A stretch of DNA of 64,000 nt. Origin: Malacoraja senta. Its lineage: Eukaryota. The stretch spans positions 80,910,001 to 80,974,000 of the forward strand of contig CM075977.1 of the NCBI GenBank assembly GCA_038087875.1. Reading direction: 5' to 3'. A program made the translations under genes and the position numbers. Below are positions 37,013 to 49,332 of this stretch, one piece after another. The notes beneath the pieces were generated by a model. It had not been told where the DNA came from, made no database searches, and saw nothing but the letters and a program-made list of their open reading frames with translations. The first letter of the stretch is position 1. Each line of letters begins with the position of its first letter.

Positions 37013-38650
37013 CAGTGTTCTCCATAATGTTTGGGACAAAGACCCATCATTTATTTATTTGCCTCTGAACTCCACAATTTGAGATTTGTAATTGACAAAA
37101 TCACTCGTGGTTAAAGTGCACATTGTCAGATTTTATTAAAGGCCATTTTTATACATTTTGGTTTCACCATGTAGAAATTACAGCTGTGTTTATGCATAGT
37201 CCCCCCATTTCAGGGCACCATAATGTTTGGGACACATGGCTTCACAGGCGTTTGTAGTTGCTCAGGTGTGTGTAATTGCCTCCTTAATGCAGGAATAAGA
37301 CAACTCTCAGCACCTAGTCTTTCCTCCAGTCTTTCCATCACCTTTGGAAACGTTTATTGCTGTTTATCAACATGAGGACCAAAGTTGTGCCAATGAAAGT
37401 CAAAGAAACCATTATGAGACTGAGAAACAAGAATAAAACTGTTAGAGACATCAGGCAAACCTTAGGCTTACCAAAATTAACTGTTTGGAACATCATTTAG
37501 AAGAAAGAAAGCACTGGTGAGCTTACAAATCGCAAAAGGACGGGCAGGCCAAGGAAGACCTCTCTCTTCTGACAGAAGAATTCTCTCTATAATAAAGAAA
37601 AATCCCCAAACACCTGTCCAACAGATCAGAAACACTCTTCAGGAGTCTGGTGTGGATTTGTCAATGACCACTGTCCGTAGAAGACTTCATGAACAGAAAT
37701 ACAGAGGCTACACTGCAAGATGCAAACCACTGGTTAGTTGCAAAAATAGGATGGGCAGGTTACAGTTTGCCAAGAAGTGCTTAAAAGAGCAACCACAGTT
37801 CTGGAAAAAAGTCTTGTGGACAGATGAGAAGAAGATTAACTTATATCAGAGTGATGGCAAGAGGAAAGTATAGAGGTGAGAAAGAACTGTCCAAGATCCA
37901 AAGCATACCACCTCATCTGTGAAACACGGTGGTGGGGGTGTTATGGCCTGGGCATGTATGGCTGCTGAAGGTACTGGGGGATAAGATTAGGACCAGAATT
38001 ACAGTAGCATAATGAATTCTGAAGTGTATAGACACATCCTATCTGCTCAAGTTCAAACAAATGCCTCAAAACTCATTGGCTGGCAGTTCACTCTACAACA
38101 AGACAATGATCCCAAACATACTGCTAAAGCAACAAAGGAGTTTATAAAAGCTAAAAAATGGTCAATTCTTGAGTGGCCAAGTCAATCACTTTATTTGAAC
38201 CCAATTGAGCATGCCTTTTATATGCTGAAGAGAAAACTGAAGGGGACTAGCCCCCAAAACCTGCATAAGCTAAAGATGGCTGCAATACAGGCCTGGCAGA
38301 GCATCACCAGAGAAGACACCCAGCAACTGGTGATGTCCATGAATCGCAGACTTCAAGCTGTCGTTGAATGCAAAGGATATGCAACAAAATACTAAACATG
38401 ACTATTTTCATTTACATGACATTGCGGTGTCCCAAACACTATGGTTCCCTGAAATGGGGGGACTATGTATAAACACTGCTGTGGTTTCTACATGATGAAA
38501 CCAAAATGTATAAAAATGGCCTTTATTAAAATTCGACAATGTGCACTTTAACCACATGTGATTTTTTTTCTATTACAAATCTCAAATTGTGGAGTACAGT
38601 GGCAAATAAATAAATGATGGGTCTTTATCCCAACATTATGGAGGGCACTG
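37013..38650 (+). mobile_element. Tc1-like DNA transposon (IR/DR type), full length, inactivated transposase 37372-38395
   Basis: ~215-bp TIRs starting CAGTG with internal cataatgtttgggaca direct repeats, TA at the right flank. VLWTDE, QQDNDPKHT and SxxLNPIE motifs. Contains stops and frameshifts. Confidence 0.95.
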
Positions 38651-39228
38651 TATGTGTGTGTTTGTGTATATATTTCAATTCCAAATAAAGGAATCCTACT
38701 GCAGTATAAATTGACAAAAATATATGTGAAGATAATATCTATTACAAGATGATATTTTAAAAGCCAGATTAGTAAGGCAAGAAACACAAATCCTCTCTTG
38801 ATCTGTTGGGTGTTGTCCCATCCATTTGTTAGACATAGCACACTCATACTGTTTGTTCCAGTTTCCCTTGCGGTAAACTGGCTGAAGAATTCAAATTGAA
38901 GTGTCTCGTTCTCTTCCTGTTTATTTAACTTCAGTAAACAATTGGCAAGAAAGCTTTTGACAAACAAAAGTAGCAAGGCTAAGAATGGTTATGTTTCCAC
39001 GTGCAACATCCTGCTACAGCGTATATTTTCTACCAGTGATTTCATTTGATTCATGGTTATCATTCTGCTGTCTGCCAGAGTGTTTAAGTCTAGCACCTGG
39101 GTACTTGTGATATCTGCAGTGCATCAACACTGTTTCGTTTCTCTCTGCCTACCATTGAAGTCACTTCACTTCAAGAAACATGGTCAAGTGCAGCTGGCTC
39201 TACATTGTAAAATTCCATGGTACACAAA

Positions 39229-39311
39229 AAAAAATGCTGGAGAAACTCAGCGGGTGCAGCAGCATCTATGGAGCGAAGGAAATAGGTAACGTTTCGGGCC
39301 GAAACCCTTCT
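39229..39311 (-). mobile_element. Penelope terminal-repeat fragment
   Basis: Reverse complement of 16864-16950. Flanked by tgtaaaattccatg repeats (probable TSD). Confidence 0.8.
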
Positions 39312-39419
39312 ACTTTGTAAAATTCCATGTTTTATCATGCAGAATGATGAAATGGATGTCACCACTGTCAAGGTTATGCAATCAAATGGCTGGATTTGGG
39401 GAAAAGGTAAAAGGAACAA

Positions 39420-39690
39420 CAAAGACTTGCATTTATTTACATGCATCTTTCAAAATCAAAACCCTTAAGTGTTTTACAGCTAATGAAATACATGACAATT
39501 TAGCCAACCAGATTGTGAACAGCATGCTGCAACAAACAGCAATGTGATAATGATCAAATAACTGTGATCTTTATTCATGTGATTATTGACCAGAACTCTG
39601 AGAGAAATCATCGGGTCTTAAAAATAGGGATTTTTTGCATCCTCCTGAAACAGAAAATTGGACGATGGTTTGATATTTCAACAGAAATGT
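39420..39690 (-). mobile_element. Degenerate Deu-domain SINE (SacSINE1-like)
   Basis: ttgcatttat...ttttacagctaatgaa...acaaacagcaatgtgataatgatca...gggattttttgcatcc..ggtttgatatttca, collinear with the recalled SacSINE1/AmnSINE1 consensus. Confidence 0.6.
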
Positions 39691-39958
39691 TGAAAGAGAT
39701 GTTTTTCTTTGGAGAAGAGGTGCAACAACAAAAAGTTTATATGAATGTTCAGTTTTGCATTAGAGTAATTTCTTAAAATTTGTTACTATTTAACTGCTTC
39801 GAAACTAGCCAGACTCAAGATTTTTAAAAACAGGTCCTCAAACCATTGTCACAGCAAAGGAAATGTTGAGGGTAGTTGGTAATTAGATTCATCTCATCAG
39901 TGTTGTATAATGGAACTGAACACTTTAAGCAAGTTACATTGTTCTTTTGTCATTTCAG

Positions 39959-40113
39959 CTGAACAAGAATTTGTCAAGATAATCATCATAGTTGCAGTAA
40001 TGACCGTGATGGTGGTTGTAATCATTTGCCTGCTGAACCACTACAAGCTTTTAACACGGTCTTTCATAAATCGACAGAGTCAAGCTAGACGTCAAGAGGA
40101 AACACTGCATCCT
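39959..40113 (+). CDS. LDLRAD4: LDLRAD4 internal coding exon (transmembrane helix), 155 nt, phase 1 to phase 0
   Basis: Polypyrimidine tract plus acceptor ttttgtcatttcAG (39957-58) and donor GTAAGT (40114). Translates (x)[51 protein letters not shown], matching the recalled LDLRAD4/PMEPA1 TM exon (ELEFAQIIIIVVVVTVMVVVIVCLLNHYK..RSFINR). Confidence 0.95.
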
Positions 40114-41520
40114 GTAAGTTTAATTTAGTACCCTTCTTATGAAAATGGAAACTATTTTTGCAAAATATAATACAGGAATAGTTTAAAGCACCAAACAAAG
40201 AAACCTTCAAATGTATCCTGATCTTTGTTTTTATTAACTACTTTATTCACTGATGTTGAATTGGTTTATTAAGTTAATGAATGCCCACAAGCTTGGCTTA
40301 ATTCTCAGGAAGCTTAAGTGTGCTAGGTATATGGATTTTTAAAAATGTTTCATTTTTGCTAAATATTCATCCATTTTGCTTAGTTGGAAGTGGTAGTGTT
40401 TAATAGCCTGATTGGTGTTGGGGGGAAAAAGCTGCTCCTGAACCTGGACATTATAGTTTTCAAGCTCCTACACCTTCTTCCCGATGGCAGGAGTGAAATG
40501 AGAGTGTAGGCAGGGTGATGTGGGACAGCAACTTAGATGGTAGGGAGCTCAGTACCCATGATGGACATTGTGTTAAATCTGTAACTTTTATAAGTGAAAT
40601 GTGGAAACTTCTGGAGACAGGAACTTCATAACTGCATATCCAAATTTATAAAGCTGCTGGACCATCTTCAGGGTCCTCTTGGTAACATACATCACAAAAA
40701 TTATAGGATGCACTAGGTTAGGAAATTGTTTGATTTGAGTAATTTGAATTAACTTTTAACTGAATTGACTAGGTGTAATTTAACATTCTTTGAATATGTG
40801 GTACAGGCTTGGGCAGGTGATGAAAAATCGGTTGCACAAGGAATTAATCATATGGGGCTGATTATAGAAATATAGTAATATAAGAAATATAGTCAACTCG
40901 TGATTATCCACAGGCTGATCTATCGATTTTAGGGTTAACCATTTGAGGAAGAAAGCAGCTCACACTTCCAGGTATTTGGCTGGCAGGAACCTGCAGTTCA
41001 GTGATTACTTCCTCAGGTTGCACCTGACTAACTGGGCATTTTCAGCTGGTTGGAGTTGTCAGGAACACAATTGAGTTTGAGTTTAGTTTACTGTCACGTG
41101 TACCGAGGTACAGTGAAAAGCTTTTGTTGCTTGCTAACCAGTCAGCAGAAAGACGATACATGATTACAACCAAGCCATCCACAGTGTAGATACACTATAA
41201 AAGGAATAACGTGAATAACGTTTAATGCAAGATAAAACAAGTAAAATCCGTTCAAAGGTAGTCAGAGGGTCTCCAATGAGGTAGATAGTAGTTCAGCTAC
41301 TCTCTAGTTGTTGGACTTGGGGTAGCTGTTTGTACCATGGCTCTATACTTGCTCTAAGTCTCAAATTTCACATGGAATAAGAAGTTCTTGTTACCCTCGG
41401 GATGTGTTAATGACTTCAGAATATCCACAAACCTTGGATTGGATAGAGAAAAAAGATGGTCACTTACCCTTGCTAAAGCAGTGGCAACATCAGATGTGCT
41501 CTTGAAGACTGTTGAGGTTA

Positions 41521-41646
41521 CATAGATACATAGAAAATAGGTGCAGGAGTAGGCCATTCGGCCCTTCGAGCCTGCACCGCCATTCAATGTAGTCATGGCT
41601 GATCATCCAACTCGGTATCCCGTACCTGCCTTCTCTCCATACCCCT
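41521..41646 (-). mobile_element. CR1 3' tail fragment
   Basis: catagatacatagaaaataggtgcaggagtaggccattcggccc. Confidence 0.85.
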
Positions 41647-41771
41647 GTGTTAATGCCTTCTCTCCATACCCCTGTGTTAACAGGTTGTTGGGTGCAGAGC
41701 AGTTGTTCCATTGGTGAAGCATGGTGGGTGCTAGCAGTAATTCTGTTGGTTTGGCAAGGCTCAAGACTCAG

Positions 41772-41794
41772 TGTGTGTGTGTGTGTGTGTGTGT
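41772..41794. repeat. (GT)n microsatellite
   Basis: Direct inspection. Confidence 0.9.
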
Positions 41795-42425
41795 AAAAAG
41801 AGGCCAGAACCTCAAGGCAGAGCTGGCAGATATGTAGCCTGCTTTGGTCTTCAAGTGGATTTGTGACATGGTCAGGTTACCAAAGACTTGCTTTGTGCAG
41901 TGGATGCAGGGGGTGGTTGTACTCAAAACAGTCATCTTGATTGGGCTGGCTACTGAGGTGTTTTACACTATTTATTTTGTTTTGCATTATCACTGAAGTT
42001 ACTCCCATTATCCTGGATACAGAAAGTGAAATTCATAAATTGCCTTTCATTCCTCCGTAATTCTATGTAATCTAAAACTTAACCCGAATTCTACCCTGGG
42101 GCTGGATGCACAAGAAACTGCAGATGCGGGAATCAGGAGCAAATGAAGGAGAGCTGCTGGAGGAACTCAGTAGGTCAGGCAGCATCTGTGGAAGAAAATG
42201 GACAGTGGACCTTATTGTGGCCCAATCATTTTTTTATCATTACTATTCATGCAGTGAACATTCATTTCTAAGCTTTTCAGGGTGAGTTTGAATAAATATC
42301 CTGGCTGTCTCCTTTTATCATTATAAAGATATAATTTCTAAACTGTTGCCACATTCTAAAAAAGAAGTTAGTATGGATTCTGTAAAACAAAAAAATCATT
42401 AATTAGCATTTACAATACATATATA

Positions 42426-44614
42426 CTAGACTAAGTGGGACCCGTTGGGTCCCATGTTCACACTGGAGGGCTGGTCCCCCAATGCAATAATCCACTTCTC
42501 CACCAATTCCAATATTGGTGGCCGGGGGGGGGGGGGGGCTTTCTGGAGCGCTAGTTTGGGTGTTGTGGGCTGAAGGGACTGATTTCCAGAGGGCTAGTAT
42601 GGACATTGTGGGCTGAATGGATTCTTGGGCTGGCAGCTCAGTCACTCAAGCCTGGTGTGCTGACAGCTCACTCACTCACGGCTGGTGGGCTGGCAGTTGA
42701 CTCGTGGCTATTCCTTGAAATACCATTTCAAGTAGGGTGCCAGGCCACCAAATTCAAATGCAGTCTCATATCAAGCAGGGTGCAAGGCCATCAAATTCAA
42801 ATGCACTCATACCATTTCAAGCAGGGTGCAAGGCCACCAAATTCAAATGCAGTCTCATACCATTTCAAGCAAGGTGCAAGGCCACCAAATTCAAATGCAC
42901 TCATACCATTTAAAGCAGGGTGCTAGGCCACCAAATTCAAATGCAGTCTCATATCAAGCAGGGGACAAGGCCACCAAATTCAAATGCAGTCTCATACCAT
43001 TTCAAGCAGGCTGCAAGGCCACCAAATTCAAATGCAGTCTCATACCATTTCAAGCAGGCTGCAAGGCCACCAAATTCAAATGCATTCATACCATTTCAAG
43101 CAGGCTGCAAGGCCACCAAATTCAAATGCAGTCTCATACAATTTCAAGCAGGGTGCTAGGCCACAAAATTCAAATGCACTCATACCATTTCAAGCAGGTT
43201 GCAAGGCCACCAAATTCAAATGCATTCATACCATTTCAAGCAGGCTGCAAGGCCACCAAATTCAAATGCAGTCTCATACAATTTCAAGCAGGGTGCTAGG
43301 CCACAAAATTCAAATGCAATCTCATACCATTTCAAGCAGGGTGCAAGGCCACCAAATTCAAATGCAGTCTCATACCATTTCAAGCAGGGTGCAAGTCCAC
43401 CAAATTCAAATGCAGTCTCATACCATTTCAAGCAGGGTGCAAGGCCACCAAATTCAAATGCAATCTCATACCATTTCAAGCAGGGTGCAAGGCCACCAAA
43501 TTCAAATGCAGTCTCATACCATTTCAAGTAGGATGCAAGGCCGCCAAATTCAAATGCAGTCTCATACCATTTCAAGCAGGGTGCAAGGCTGCCAAATTCA
43601 AATGCAGTTTCATACCATTTCAAGCAGGGTGCAAGGCCGCCAAATTCAAATGCAGTCTCATACCATTTCAAGCAGGCTGCAAGGCCACCAAATTCAAATG
43701 CATTCATACCATTTCAAGCAGGCTGCAAGGCCACCAAATTCAAATGCAGTCTCATACAATTTCAAGCAGGGTGCTAGGCCACAAAATTCAAATGCACTCA
43801 TACCATTTCAAGCAGGTTGCAAGGCCACCAAATTCAAATGCATTCATACCATTTCAAGCAGGCTGCAAGGCCACCAAATTCAAATGCAGTCTCATACAAT
43901 TTCAAGCAGGGTGCTAGGCCACAAAATTCAAATGCAATCTCATACCATTTCAAGCAGGGTGCAAGGCCACCAAATTCAAATGCAGTCTCATACCATTTCA
44001 AGCAGGGTGCAAGTCCACCAAATTCAAATGCAGTCTCATACCATTTCAAGCAGGGTGCAAGGCCACCAAATTCAAATGCAATCTCATACCATTTCAAGCA
44101 GGGTGCAAGGCCACCAAATTCAAATGCAGTCTCATACCATTTCAAGTAGGATGCAAGGCCGCCAAATTCAAATGCAGTCTCATACCATTTCAAGCAGGGT
44201 GCAAGGCTGCCAAATTCAAATGCAGTTTCATACCATTTCAAGCAGGGTGCAAGGCCGCCAAATTCAAATGCAGTCTCATACCATTTCAAGCAGGGTGCAA
44301 GGCCACCAAATTCAAATGCACTCATACCATTTCAAGCAGGGTGCAAGGCCACCAAATTCAAATGCAGTCTCATTCCATTTCAAGCAGGGTGCAAGACCAC
44401 CAAATTCAAATGCAGTCTCATACCATTTCAAGCAGGGTGAAACCACCATAAAACCACATAAAACACCACAAAACCGTATAAAAACCACATAAAAACCACA
44501 CTCACAGTTCAGACATTCAGTGTGTTCAATTGATTCACAGCTGAGACAGAGAGTTGTGACATCTCGTTCCCCCATCTTGCAGAGATTGAGCCATGCCCAC
44601 ACCTCCAGGTTTTA
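42426..44614 (-). mobile_element. Non-autonomous Helitron related to 11872-21713, 5' end missing
   Basis: Same 3' hairpin plus CTAG|T in reverse (42426-42454). 42426-42690 is homologous to 21480-21713 and 44500-44614 to 12141-12245. Confidence 0.82.
42720..44440. repeat. 48-bp minisatellite (46-bp variants, ~36 units) inside the Helitron
   Basis: taccatttcaagcagggtgcaaggccaccaaattcaaatgcagtctca repeated. Confidence 0.97.
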
Positions 44615-45115
44615 CTTGTGTCCCAAGTAACTGACCATAAACAACTCCACATCTGTGCAGTTCTCAAACCTCATTCTCAAACCTCAATCCCCAAAATGCA
44701 CCTTTACTCACTACAATGATCTTGCATCCTACTACAAGAACATTGGCTCGCTTTTTTGAATAAAAGGTTTTCAACAATTTCAAAGAGAAAGTGGAAAATA
44801 TTTAACTGAGATTAAAAGTAAGGAGTATAAAGTATAAAGCCGTATTTTGTTGCCACACCAGGAAACAATTTTGTGAAGTCGTTTTGGTAATGATATTGCT
44901 AACCACATACTGATTAAGAAGTATGTATTGGCATGATACAACATAATTTGTTTTAATGTGTTTATTTAAAAAATGTATGTGCATAGAGATTCTTTCAATC
45001 CTCTTGTAATTTCATTCCCAGTGGTCTCAGATGGCGGCAATCATCCAATGATGCCTTAATTACATTACATTTTAGGTATCTCTTCTAACTGGGATAAGTT
45101 AGAAGAGATACCTAA

Positions 45116-47679
45116 GAGGAGGGGGCGTCTGCCTCATGGTCAACTGTGCGTGGTGCTCAGACGTGGCAGTTCTGTCCAACTCCTGCTCTCCACACCTCGA
45201 ACATCTGGCGGTGAAGTGTTGTTCCTTCTACCTTCCGAGGGAATTCACCTCCATCATCCTGACCGCGGTCTACATCCCACCCCAGGCAGACGTCCGTCTG
45301 GCACTGGGGGAGCTGCACGCCGTGGTCAACAAACACCAGACGTCTTACCCCGAGGCGTTTACCACCATAGCCGGGGACTTCAATAAGGCAAACCTAAAGA
45401 AATCACTCCCTAACTTCCACCAACATGTCTCCTGCTGCACCAGAGGATCAAACACCCTCGACCACTGCTACACCACCATCAAGAATGCCTATCGCTCTAT
45501 CCCTCGCCCTCACTTCGGTAAATCCGACCATACCGCGGTGCTGCTTCTTCCTGCCTACAGGCAGCAATTAAAGAGCGCACCCCCAGAGGTGAGGACAGTA
45601 CAGAGCTGGTCGGGGGAGGCAGAGGAACAACTCCAGGACTATTTGGAGTCTGTAGACTGGGCAATGTTCAAGGACTCGGCAACGGACCTGACTTCATTAC
45701 AGACTTCATTAAGAAGTGTGCGGAGGACTGCATCCCCACCAAAACCTTCCGAGCGTTTCCCAATCAGAAACCTTGGATGAACTTTGAGATCCGCACTCTT
45801 CTGAAGTCCAGACACCGGGCATTCATGTCTGATGATACAGTGGCCTACAAGGAGTCCAGATACGACCTTGGTAAGGCCATCAAAAAGGCCAAAAGGGACT
45901 TCTGCTCCAAACTGAAGAGACTGATGTTCGGCGGCTGTGGCAGGGCCTGAATGCAATCACCTCTTACAAGGCGAAATCAGGAGGCAGCTCGAATGTCGGC
46001 GAAATATCACTCCCTGATGAGCTCAATGCGTTTTACGCACGCTTTGATAGGGAGAACACCGATGTGCCTTGCCAAGCCCCCATTCGCTGTGATGGTATTT
46101 CAGTCTCAGTCACAGAGGCCGACGTCAGGAAATCCTTCAGAGGGGTGAACCCTCGAAAAGCGCCTGGACCTGATGGTATACCTGGTCGCGTTCTAAAAAC
46201 CTGTGCGGACCAACTGGCTGGAGTTTTTACAGACATTTTCAACCTCTCACTTCTGAGGTCTGAGGTCCCCACCTGCTTCAAAAGGGCATCAATTATACCA
46301 GTGCCCAAGAAGAGTAAGGTAACGTGCCTCAATGACTATCGACCTGTGGCACTAACGCCTGTGGTGATGAAGTGCTTTGAGAGGTTGATCATGACGCAGA
46401 TCAACTCCTACCTCGACAAAAACCTGGACCCACTGCAGTTCGCTTACCGCCACAACAGATCAACGGTGGATGCGATCTCGCTGGCCCTCCACTCCGCTCT
46501 GGACCACTTGGACAACAAAAACTCATATGTCAGGCTGTTATTCATCGATTACAGCTCGGCATTTAACACAATCATCCCCTCCAAGCTGGTTACCAAACTC
46601 GCAGAACTGGGTCTCTGCGCATCCCTCTGCAATTGGATCCTCGACTTCCTCACTCTCAGACCACAGTCTGTTCGTATTGGTGGAAATGTGTCAGACTCGA
46701 TAACAATTAGCACGGGAGCACCTCAAGGCTGCGTGCTCAGTCCCCTGCTGTACTCACTCTATACTCATGACTGCGTAGCCGGACATAGTGCGAACTCCAT
46801 CATCAAGTTCGCTGATGACACCACTGTTGTGGGACGTATCACTGATGGTGATGAGTCAGAGTATAGAAGAGAGATCGAGCAACTGTCCATATGGTGCCAG
46901 CACAACAACCTGGCCCTCAACACCAGCAAAACCAAGGAACTGATTGTGGACTTTGGAAGGAGTAGGATGGGGACCCACAGTCCCGTTTATATCAACGGAT
47001 CGATGGTTGAAAGGGTCAAGAGCTTCAAATTCCTGGGCGTGCACATCTCTGAAGATCTTTCCTGGTCCGAGAACAATGATGCCATTATTAAGAAAGCACA
47101 TCAGCGCCTCTACTTCCTGAGAAGATTACGGAGAGTCGGTTTGTCAAGGAGGACTCTCTCTAACTTCTACAGGTGCACAGTAGAGAGCATGCTGACCGGT
47201 TGCATCGTGGCTTGGTTCGGCAACTTGAGTGCCCTGGAGAGGAAAAGACTACAAAAAGTAGTAAACACTGCCCAGTCCATCATCAGCTCTGACCTCCCTT
47301 CCATCGAGGGGATCTACCACAGTCGCTGCCTCAAAAAGGCTGGCAGCATCATCAAGGACCCACACCATCCTGGCCACACACTCATCTCCCTACTACCTTC
47401 AGGTAGAAGGTACAGGAGCCTGAAGACTGCAACAACCAGGTTCAGGAACAGCTACTTCCCCACAGCCATCAGGCTATTAAACCTGGCTCGGACATAACAC
47501 TGAACTTTACTAGCCAATACTGTTATTTGCACTTTATCAGTATATTGACCATTGTGTATATATTTATAGAATGCCTTGTAGTAAATGCCTACTATGTTCT
47601 GTTGTGCTCAAGCAAAGCAAGAATTTCATTGTCCTACCAGGGACACATGACAATAAACTCACTTGACTTGACTTGACTT
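45116..47679 (+). mobile_element. Rex1/Babar-clade LINE, 5'-truncated; endonuclease region disrupted, RT ORF 46064-47497 open
   Basis: AVYIPP, AGDFN, SDH endonuclease motifs. [59 protein letters not shown] motifs. aataaa plus (cttga)n tail. Confidence 0.93.
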
Positions 47680-47895
47680 ATGGCAGAGTAGTTCAAGGTT
47701 GCTTCCTCTTATCTTTTTTTCCCCCCACAGTTTCTCAGTATATGTGCCTTTTATTATCCTACAGATCTCACCCTATTACTTTAAGTCAAGCTGCAATAAT
47801 CATTCCAGCTATTTACTGTGACAGACCTGCCTTTCATCACAGGTTTCAACTTGGAAATTGTACTAGTTCTTTTGCTCTAGCCCCTTTCAAATTTA

Positions 47896-48770
47896 CCGTA
47901 TTTCCCGGTAATGAAGACGCACTTGCGTCGAAGACGCACCCCCATTTTGAGTTGCTAACTTTTAGAAAAAGGCTGGCGGGACAGGATCAAGGGTTTGGTT
48001 TAGTCCAGGGGTCGGTAACCTTCTTTGCAGGGGCCAGGACCCATGTCTGTGAGCGGATGGCGGGCCACATCTATCTCCATAGTTAATAAATGGAGTTAAT
48101 AATACATACTAACTAAATTAGTAATTAGTAATAATACATACTAATAATACATAAAAGTAATAATACATACTAATAATACATAGTTTTCACGTGTTTTTCA
48201 ATTAGTTTTCTGTAATTTCCAAATCGCCTGCGTGCCCCGGGACTAGCTCCAGTTCTCAGATCCCTCATGTCCACGGGACTAACTGTAGTTCCGAGGTCGC
48301 CTGTGAGTCCTGGGACTGGCTGTAGCGCCCAGGTAGCCTGCGAGCCCCAGGACTGACTGTAGTTCCCAGTTCGCCTGCGAGCCCCAGGACTAGCTGCAGG
48401 TCCTATGTCGCCTGCGAGCCCCGGGACTGGCTGTAGCGCCCAGGTCACCTGCGAGCCCCGGGTCTAGCTGCAGTTCCGCAGCCACCCGAGCTACTGAGTG
48501 AGATGCTGGCAATGATCCCCAACCCCCTCCTTCTCAATGCTCCTGCCCTCCCCAAAACTTTACCCCTGGCGGCCCAGCCGTGCTGACCCGGGCCAGACTC
48601 CCCACACGCTGTGGAAGGAACTCTCCCCCCCAGCGGTGCTGTCCTTATACAGCCGCTGTACTGAGGGATAGCCAAGTCTATCTTTCTTGGCTAATAATCT
48701 AACCTTCGGCCTCCAAGACGCAGGTAAATTTTCGGTTAAAAAATAGCGCCTTCATTGCCGGGAAATATGG
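47896..48770. mobile_element. Tc1/mariner-superfamily (Tc2/pogo-like) MITE with an internal ~39-bp minisatellite (48222-48480)
   Basis: TIR CCGTATTTCCCGGTAATGAAGACGC / GCGCCTTCATTGCCGGGAAATATGG. TA TSD at 47894-95 and 48771-72. Confidence 0.85.
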
Positions 48771-49332
48771 TACTTTTCTCGTCTGATCAGTTTTACCCTA
48801 TTACTTCAACAAAGTGTGCTACCAGCTCAGAGCCACTCAGTTAATTCACTTGTTTCTCTCCAGATTATACAGCTGCCAGTTTTCCTTACGCTAAATAATT
48901 TCTGTCACTGGCTAGGTAGATGAGGATCATCCAGGAGCAATTGGATCAACCTAATTACACCATCAATGTTCCCCACTTAACCCAAGAGCAGAAATATGGT
49001 TATAATAATGTCTGACAAGACATTTTGGGAGGCAGTTTGGTCAGGGAGAGTATTATGGCTGAATGAACACCATTCATCTCTTGAATATTCTTGATGCTGA
49101 AATTAGTTAAAAGATGGGAAGTCATATTTAACAATATGTCTCCATATTTTGTAAGTGTAGCGTGTATTGGCTAAAACGCTTCACGTACTTGGCTGTCATT
49201 GCTGCACAGTTGCTATTTATACTGCTGCCTTGAGGTGCAATTATAATCTTGGGGTTCTTGCCCTATATTTTGTTAAATTGTGCAAAAACACATCCAAGAA
49301 GTAAGTTATAGTACATAATGTAGAAAATTATG

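Noticed and set aside
39910-39958. ATG-initiated N-terminal extension [16 protein letters not shown] of ORF 39910..40128
   Set aside because: Overlaps the polypyrimidine tract and AG acceptor; treated as intron.
1-39958. LDLRAD4 LDL-receptor class A exon
   Set aside because: No Cys-rich C..C...C..DC.D.SDE..C coding segment with splice sites was found by eye. It probably lies upstream of the window.
42984-44492. 502-aa repetitive ORF (MQSHTISSRVQGHQIQ)n
   Set aside because: By-product of a stop-free 48-bp minisatellite inside a Helitron. The 46-bp variants shift frame freely, and other frames and the opposite strand are also open.
46064-47497. Intact or domesticated RT gene
   Set aside because: Part of a 5'-truncated Rex1-type LINE with upstream frameshifts. 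The open frame is explained by young age.
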